Below are positions 50,796 through 56,423 of a stretch of DNA of 56,423 nucleotides, in pieces (the stretch's first letter is position 1; every line of letters starts with the position of its first letter). The notes beneath the pieces were generated by a model, which saw only the letters and a program-made list of their open reading frames with translations, ran no database searches and was not told where the DNA came from. The stretch covers positions 1 through 56,423 of the forward strand of contig CAZSLZ010000002.1 of the NCBI GenBank assembly GCA_964607865.1, in the 5' to 3' direction. The position numbers were made by a program, and so were the translations under genes. The stretch is from an uncultured bacterium (GTDB lineage Bacteria > Vulcanimicrobiota > JAJTBE01 > CAZSLZ01).

Positions 50796-51180
50796 TATTG
50801 CGATAGCGTGGATCTTTGAGCAGTTTATTTTTAAGGGTGTTTTCCATCTGTTCATAACCCGGGTTGCTGGCAAATTTATTTCCGTATTCCTTTTTCAGGG
50901 CGTTTCCCACCAGCCTTTCGGTGGCCTGGTCGATAAAAGATTCCGACTCCGGGTCCAGGTCGGAGATATCAGCTTTGGCATCAGCCATGAACGCTTCTTT
51001 TTTCTGTTCGGGAATATTTTTTGCAGCATCAGACATAACGAAGGCATCGCCGGCTTCTTCCATGGACTCCTCGTAGGTGTCCATTTTTGTTTCCTTGAGT
51101 TTTTTCTTTACCTCAGAGCCAACTTCCGCATTGAACGGGACCTGAAAACCCTGAATGTTAGTAGGATCAATTTGACCCAT
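50755..51180 (-). CDS. Acidic 141-aa protein of unknown function, divergent from the flagellar operon
   Basis: I placed the start at the ATG at 51180 (MGQIDPTNIQ), 7 nt after GGAGGAGG. The 3' end overlaps the convergent M16 gene by 41 nt. I recognise no family. Confidence 0.5.
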   Translation of the reverse strand: MGQIDPTNIQGFQVPFNAEVGSEVKKKLKETKMDTYEESMEEAGDAFVMSDAAKNIPEQKKEAFMADAKADISDLDPESESFIDQATERLVGNALKKEYGNKFASNPGYEQMENTLKNKLLKDPRYRNIIEDFLGKLLDSE

Positions 51181-51573
51181 AATCAATCCTCCTCCGGATA
51201 AATAACCTGAACAAAGATTTCTTTAATTGTTTTAGATACCCTTTTATCTTAACACATTTCTTTATGAGTTGGCAAAGTTATTTAAGTTGTCTGCAAATTT
51301 TTATAATTACAATTTTTGGCAAAATGTGTATTTAGCAGTTATTTAGTTATTTCTGGAATAAATAGCTTGACAGTTTGTATAAGGTAGCAGGAAGTTGTTA
51401 TCTTTATTATGGATACTATTATTTTATCAATGATTATGTATAAAAAGTAAAGGTTGTATTTAAACTATTTTTTTACAATTTATTAACGATTTATTAATGA
51501 AATTTACACAATTGTAACATGGATGTTAAAAGTGAACAGGATGTTAATATTATTTCTAAAAGGGACGAGAATG

Positions 51574-51602
51574 TTAACAAAAAATTAACATGTTGCTAAT
51601 AT
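51574..51602 (+). promoter_or_regulatory. Weak sigma-70-like promoter candidate for flgB operon (TTAACA-N17-TAATAT)
   Basis: The hexamers are at 51574-51579 and 51597-51602. They are embedded in the ATGTTAA repeat cluster. This promoter would give a leader of roughly 120 nt. Confidence 0.22.
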
Positions 51603-51728
51603 AATATTAATAAACATCAGGTATCATTTTAACAGGAAATATCGAAAGAATCTTTATTTCAAGTCAACTGTCTGGTCCTGACGGCGTAAATACGAGGCTG
51701 CCAGAACTTTAAAGGGAGGGAATTCCTG

Positions 51729-52145
51729 ATGGATGTTATAGGAATGTTTAAACAATTGGAGAACGCACTGGATGCTGCATCTTTGAGGCAGCAGGTTATA
51801 GCAAACAACATAGCCAATGCCGGTACCCCCAATTTTAAAACTCAGGGTGTGGCCTTTGAGGATGAATTGAAGAAGGCGCTAGCCTCTAACGATGATCCGA
51901 TGAGTTTTGGTGTCAAACCTGTAAGTATGAATGAAGATCTGTCCAATGACGAAGATTTTGTAATTGACGGCGGGGTGGATCCCAACAAGGTTCGGGCCAA
52001 GGTTTATGATACCGGCAACAATGTTGATATGAACAAGGAAATGGTAAACCTGGCCAGGAATCAGATTCATTATAATATGCTGACTGACAAGTTGGGTGGA
52101 TTTATGGGCATCGTTCAGACAGTAATTGAAACCCATGGAAAGTAA
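51729..52145 (+). CDS. flgB: Flagellar basal-body rod protein FlgB
   Basis: It has the N-terminal rod motif (QQVIANNIANAGTPNFK) and strong RBS GGGAGGG. 138 aa. Confidence 0.9.
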   Translation: MDVIGMFKQLENALDAASLRQQVIANNIANAGTPNFKTQGVAFEDELKKALASNDDPMSFGVKPVSMNEDLSNDEDFVIDGGVDPNKVRAKVYDTGNNVDMNKEMVNLARNQIHYNMLTDKLGGFMGIVQTVIETHGK

Positions 52146-52160
52146 GGGAGGAAAGGCATA

Positions 52161-52637
52161 ATGAGTAACTTTTTTAAATCTATGGACATAGCAGCAAGTG
52201 GAATGTCAGCGGAAAGATTCCGTATGGACATAATTGCCAGTAATATTTCAAACGTAAACACGGTGAACCAGGTAACCGGCGAGCCTTATCGCAGGAAGTT
52301 CGCCATGGTTGACAGCGAGAATCAGCAACAGCCTTTTATGCTGCCGGTGGGTGTGTCCGATGAAGAGGGCATGGAGAACACTCCGGTAGGCGAGGGTGTA
52401 AGAGTTGTCGGTGTCAGAGAGGATAACTCTGAGAGTTCTTTCAAACATGTCTATGATCCCACTAACCCCCGCGCTGAGCAGGAAGGTAAGTGGAAAGGTT
52501 ACGTGAAGATGCCTAACATTAATATAATTAACGAAATGACCAACCTCATTGCAGCCTCCAGAGCTTATGAAGCCAATGCCACGGTAATTCAGGCTGCAAA
52601 GCAGATGGCTCAAAAAGGCTCAACTCTCGGAAAGTAA
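52161..52637 (+). CDS. flgC: Flagellar basal-body rod protein FlgC
   Basis: It has the motifs MDIIASNISNVNT and a C-terminal LIAASRAYEANATVIQAAKQM. Confidence 0.92.
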   Translation: MSNFFKSMDIAASGMSAERFRMDIIASNISNVNTVNQVTGEPYRRKFAMVDSENQQQPFMLPVGVSDEEGMENTPVGEGVRVVGVREDNSESSFKHVYDPTNPRAEQEGKWKGYVKMPNINIINEMTNLIAASRAYEANATVIQAAKQMAQKGSTLGK

Positions 52638-52673
52638 TTTTCCGGAGTAAACATTAAGAAGGAGGCGTAAGTT

Positions 52674-53000
52674 ATGCAACCGTTTAAACCAATTCAAGGC
52701 CTGAATACCCAGATCAACCCAGTTCAACTTATGAGCCATACCAATGGCGCCAAGGAGATGGAAGAATCCGGCGATAAGAAATTTACCTTTTCTAATGTTA
52801 TGGCCACCCAGTTGAAGGGCGCCAACGATGTAGTGAACCAGTCCGGTGATTTTACAAATAAACTTTTAAAGGGCGAAATTAAGAACCCTCATGATGTAGC
52901 CATCTCGGGTAAAAAAGCAGGTATTATGGTTAAACTAACTTCTGCAGTATGTTCCAAAGTAACTTCAGCATGTACGACTTTATTCCAGATGCAGATCTAA
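52674..53000 (+). CDS. fliE: Flagellar hook-basal body complex protein FliE
   Basis: The size is right (108 aa). The C-terminus (HDVAISGKKAGIMVKLTSAVCSKVTSACTTLFQMQI) follows the FliE pattern. It sits between flgC and fliF. Confidence 0.85.
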   Translation: MQPFKPIQGLNTQINPVQLMSHTNGAKEMEESGDKKFTFSNVMATQLKGANDVVNQSGDFTNKLLKGEIKNPHDVAISGKKAGIMVKLTSAVCSKVTSACTTLFQMQI

Positions 53001-53052
53001 TCTGTATCCGGATTTTCCAATATTTTTAATTTTGAAAAGAGAGGTGTAATTT

Positions 53053-54735
53053 ATGGCTACAGGGATGCAAACAGGAAGAAGAACCGGTGTCTCTGGCATG
53101 CGGACCGGTATGAGAACCGGCGCAACACAGACAGGAAACGGCGGCCCCCTGGGAGGCATATCAAAAAAATGGAACGATATGGATCCCAAAAAGAAAACGC
53201 TGATTATAGCATCAGTTGTTGTTGTGGTATTTATTGCAATTATCGCCAATATTGTTGCTACATCCAATAAACCGGTTGCTTTATATCCTGGCACAATCGA
53301 TAGCAGAGATTCAGAGGAGATTCGTCAGAAACTTTTACAGTGGGGTATCGATTGCACTTTGGAAGCTGGCGGAACCAACGTTCTCGTTCATCCCAAGTAT
53401 AAATCCATGGCCCTTATGAAATTAGCTGAGGAAGGGTTGCCCCGCAGGCCGGTAGAAACCACCAATCAATTATTAGGTGGGGAAAGCGGCGGAATGGTAC
53501 CCGATACCAAGGATGACAAGGAACGCAAAGTTTTAATGGCTCTGGAAGGAGATCTGATTACCAGCATCCGCCAGATTGAAGGCATAGCCGACGCCTATGT
53601 GAAAATCGTCCCTGAGCCGGAAAAAGTTTTCGGAGAAGATAAGGGTTCAGCCTCCGCATCAATTATGCTGAAGTTTTATCCCAATGCCAAGTTATCCCGC
53701 AGACAGATAGACGGTATTATTCACCTGGTTACCGCATCGGTAAAGGGTTTGAAAACTGAGAATGTTAAAGTTCTGGATACCTCAGGCAAACTTCTCAACA
53801 CCGGCCCCGAAGACGGAGTGGCAATGGGTGAAGAGGGAACTTACACCAATGAACAGATTCTCATCAGAGAAAATACCGAGAAACAATTAAAACAGAAAGT
53901 CCAGAATGCTTTGAACAAATTCCTGGGCGAGGATAAGTTTGATGTAGCAGTCAATGTGGATATGGATTTCTCCGAGGAGGAAATTAAATCTACAAAATAT
54001 GGCGGCCCCACCAACACCGAAGGAAAAGTCGAAGCAGGCTTATCACGTAAAACCGAAACTTATAACACCGACCCCGATGCCGGTAGCTCCAACGACGGAG
54101 TAACCGAACTGTCAGCCGGCGATAATGCCCAGGGGAACAATTATAAGAATGAATCCGTAACCATTCGCAGTTTGGTTGACAAAGTTGAACGGCGTAAGGT
54201 TGTTACCGACCCCAAGATTCAGAGAGTTACCTGCAGTGTTATGGTTGACGGTGTGAAAGAGCCCGAAATGATAGCCAGGCTTGAGGAATTTGTAAAGGGA
54301 GCTATCGGACATGATCCTTCACGGGGTGACGAAGTGGCAATAGTGCCCTTCCCCATAAGCCGGCCCATTACTGCTAACGGAAATGGCGAGCAGATGGCAG
54401 CTATGAATTTCCCCAAAAACAACGATGTAGGAGTTTCCGCCCCCAGCTGGCTCCCCCTGCTGTTACTGATTCCCGTAATGCTGGGAATCCTGTTGGCCGC
54501 TGTGTTCTATATGAAACAGAAAAGCGTTCAGCGTGAAAAGCAGAGACTGGTGCTGTCCTCCGGCCCAGGCGCCACTGTAAGTGATATTTCAGACCTTATG
54601 GCAGATAAAGAAGGAAAAGTTACACCTCCTCCTTCCACCAAGGTAAATACCACCGACCAGCTGGAAGACCTGGCCAAGGAAAAACCCACCAAGGTTGCAG
54701 AACTGTTGAAAAGCACCTGGTTAGCTGACAAATAA
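53053..54735 (+). CDS. fliF: Flagellar M-ring protein FliF
   Basis: It has the YscJ/FliF domain (IRQIEGIADAYVKIVPEPEKVFGE), two TM segments, and a C-terminal FliG-binding tail. The N-terminus has a short MRTG-type low-complexity repeat. Confidence 0.92.
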   Translation: MATGMQTGRRTGVSGMRTGMRTGATQTGNGGPLGGISKKWNDMDPKKKTLIIASVVVVVFIAIIANIVATSNKPVALYPGTIDSRDSEEIRQKLLQWGIDCTLEAGGTNVLVHPKYKSMALMKLAEEGLPRRPVETTNQLLGGESGGMVPDTKDDKERKVLMALEGDLITSIRQIEGIADAYVKIVPEPEKVFGEDKGSASASIMLKFYPNAKLSRRQIDGIIHLVTASVKGLKTENVKVLDTSGKLLNTGPEDGVAMGEEGTYTNEQILIRENTEKQLKQKVQNALNKFLGEDKFDVAVNVDMDFSEEEIKSTKYGGPTNTEGKVEAGLSRKTETYNTDPDAGSSNDGVTELSAGDNAQGNNYKNESVTIRSLVDKVERRKVVTDPKIQRVTCSVMVDGVKEPEMIARLEEFVKGAIGHDPSRGDEVAIVPFPISRPITANGNGEQMAAMNFPKNNDVGVSAPSWLPLLLLIPVMLGILLAAVFYMKQKSVQREKQRLVLSSGPGATVSDISDLMADKEGKVTPPPSTKVNTTDQLEDLAKEKPTKVAELLKSTWLADK

Positions 54736-54766
54736 GCCATAAGTAAACCCATAACTATGTATATAT

Positions 54767-54802
54767 AAAACCCCGCGAAATCTTTATGATACGCGGGGTT
54801 TT
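54767..54802 (+). terminator. Strong hairpin with T-rich tail between fliF and fliG (attenuator/terminator-like)
   Basis: aaaaccccgcg (54767-54777) pairs with cgcggggtttt (54792-54802) across a 14-nt loop, followed by caaaaatt. Confidence 0.5.
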
Positions 54803-54914
54803 CAAAAATTCAGGATTTTTCTTCGTCAATTTACTACCATTAAAAAGGGCACTGAACCCTAAAAGTAGAAAATAAACTTGAAAAATGCAGTAATTACCCA
54901 GTTTCGAGAGGAAG

Positions 54915-55961
54915 GTGCTTAAAATCTCCAATACAATTACGCCGGACGGCTTGTCACCCCGGCAGAAAGCAGCTATACTTTTAATATCATTGCCACCCGA
55001 AGTATCTGCACAGGTGTTCAGAGAATTCGGGCCAGATGAGGTTCAGGCTATTTCCATGGAAATTTCCAAGTTACCTCAGATTTCTCCCGAAGTCCGGGCT
55101 CAGATTATTGAAGAATTCATGCATACCAACACCATGGATGGCTTAAACCCGGCAGCTATTAACCCCGCTGCCGCACTGGTGGGAGGCGGTAATGACACTT
55201 CCGCGGTTACCCAGCATGGCGGTGGGGCAGCAACCAACGCCTTTGACAGCAGGCCCACAGCTGCAATCTCCCGCACCGCTGCAGGCTCCAAACCTTTGGA
55301 ATTCTTAAAAAAGGTTGACCCGAAACAATTATTGGCAATAATCAGGAAAGAACACCCTCAGACTATGGCCTTGGTGTTAAACCACCTGCAACCTTCCCAG
55401 GCATCGGCGGTTCTGGGCGAACTGCCTCCGGCAGTTCAAACCGAGGTTGCCACCCGGTTGGCAGAAATGGGGAAAGTAACCCGGGAAATATTGCACGAAG
55501 TGGAACGAGTGTTGGAAAACCGCCTGTATGCTGTAATTGAAGGCGAATATACCCCCAATGAGGGCAGGGAAATTCTGGTGGATATCCTCAGTCACGCCGA
55601 TCAGACTCTGGAGGATGGCATCATGAAGGGATTGACCCAGAAGAAACCCCATCTGGCTAGCGATATTAAGGAAAAACTTTGTGACTTTGACGATATGAAT
55701 AACCTCGACGATCAATCATTACAGCAGGTTTTGCGACTCACCGATATCCGGGACCTGGTTCTGGCTTTGAGGGGCGCCAGTAAAGAGCTCCAGGAAAGGA
55801 TTTACAATGCTTTCAGCCCCGAGATGGCTAAGGCCCTTCAGGAAGAGAGTGAATCTCTGGGTCAGGTGCCCTGGGAAGAGGTCAAAGCTGCCCAGCAGCA
55901 GATCAGAAATATTCTACGGGGCCTGGTAACCCTGGGTAAGGTGAAGTTCAAACAGGAATAA
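54915..55961 (+). CDS. fliG: Flagellar motor switch protein FliG
   Basis: It has the motifs LSPRQKAAILLISL and EHPQTMALVLNHLQP, plus the C-terminal torque-helix region. The GTG start follows AGAGGA at short spacing, so the start is uncertain by a few codons. An A/G-rich linker lies between the N and middle domains. Confidence 0.9.
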   Translation: MLKISNTITPDGLSPRQKAAILLISLPPEVSAQVFREFGPDEVQAISMEISKLPQISPEVRAQIIEEFMHTNTMDGLNPAAINPAAALVGGGNDTSAVTQHGGGAATNAFDSRPTAAISRTAAGSKPLEFLKKVDPKQLLAIIRKEHPQTMALVLNHLQPSQASAVLGELPPAVQTEVATRLAEMGKVTREILHEVERVLENRLYAVIEGEYTPNEGREILVDILSHADQTLEDGIMKGLTQKKPHLASDIKEKLCDFDDMNNLDDQSLQQVLRLTDIRDLVLALRGASKELQERIYNAFSPEMAKALQEESESLGQVPWEEVKAAQQQIRNILRGLVTLGKVKFKQE

Positions 55962-55988
55962 TAATCAATCAAGACAGGTGAAATTAAT

Positions 55989-56423
55989 TTGGCTTTAATA
56001 AAAGGATCACGATATCAACCTTCAGATGATGACTCCGAACAGGGAAGAAAAAATAAAGAAGAGGCTGCCCGGCGTGGCGGAGTTATTAAAAATAAATCAT
56101 TAAAATCCCAGATACTGAGTGAAGCGGCCCAGGCCAGTCAGAAACAATCCCGGCGTCGAAAGATTTACCGCATGCGGGAAACCATGGTTGATGACGAATT
56201 GGGCACAGAGCAAGCCGGTGAACCCCGGCCCGCTTCCGACAGCGGTTTTCTGAGAACCTCCTTCGTAATAAAAGGACAAAAAACCGGTAGCGCGCCCAGA
56301 GATATGGTAATGGTACCCCCTACCGAGGAACGTGCCAAGAATTGGGGCGAAGGAGAAACCGAACACGGAGCCCAAGAGGACCTCCAGATTCAGCAGAGCG
56401 TTCACAATGTAACAAAGATAATG
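55989..56423 (+). CDS. Probable flagellar assembly protein FliH (5' part only; runs off the window)
   Basis: It is open for 145 codons from the TTG at 55989 (after AGGTGA) to the window end (LALIKGSRYQPSDDDSEQGRKNKEEAARRGG...). The call rests on its position after fliG and on charged N-terminal composition only. It is not in the ORF track because it has no stop. Confidence 0.4.
   Translation, partial: MALIKGSRYQPSDDDSEQGRKNKEEAARRGGVIKNKSLKSQILSEAAQASQKQSRRRKIYRMRETMVDDELGTEQAGEPRPASDSGFLRTSFVIKGQKTGSAPRDMVMVPPTEERAKNWGEGETEHGAQEDLQIQQSVHNVTKIM

Noticed and set aside
51267-51335. Two TTGGCAAA motifs upstream of flgB looked like sigma-54 -24 elements.
   Set aside because: Neither has a GC dinucleotide at the required 10-nt spacing from the GG (-12 element TTGC absent).

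Overview
This is a dense 56.4-kb chromosomal segment, AT-rich by eye, from a flagellated and probably anaerobic bacterium. I call about 50 protein-coding genes, and most are housekeeping. They include uvrB, gyrB-gyrA, gatB, holA, mtnA, ruvX-mltG, murB, carD, rex, a phosphohexomutase, two PfkB kinases and an M16 peptidase pair. The window ends with the start of a flagellar rod/MS-ring/switch operon (flgB-flgC-fliE-fliF, fliG, probable fliH). I found no rRNA, tRNA, CRISPR array, transposase, integrase, phage gene or recognisable defence gene, so this does not look like a mobile or accessory island. All protein calls rest on motifs read from the supplied translations and on my memory of the families; no database search was possible. 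Six observations are worth a second look.
1. A GC-richer hairpin-repeat family sits in three intergenic gaps (about 1179-1470, 15765-15860, 46687-46797).
2. A Zn-ribbon/Ser-Thr kinase/WD40 gene is followed by a membrane protein whose K/E-rich tail carries six T-x-F-L repeats plus one T-R-F-M.
3. An AcsC-type corrinoid Fe-S protein subunit, a RACo activator and rex lie together without the rest of the acetyl-CoA synthase cluster, apparently co-transcribed with two paralogous DUF2628-like membrane proteins.
4. A strongly eroded hydantoinase/oxoprolinase remnant runs in frame into ruvX.
5. An orphan prepilin-type protein has a Cys-rich C-terminus.
6. There are several candidate operators, including a perfect 9-bp-arm palindrome upstream of uvrB and ATGTTAA repeats in the flagellar leader.
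None of these amounts to a demonstrated new system; they are hypotheses.
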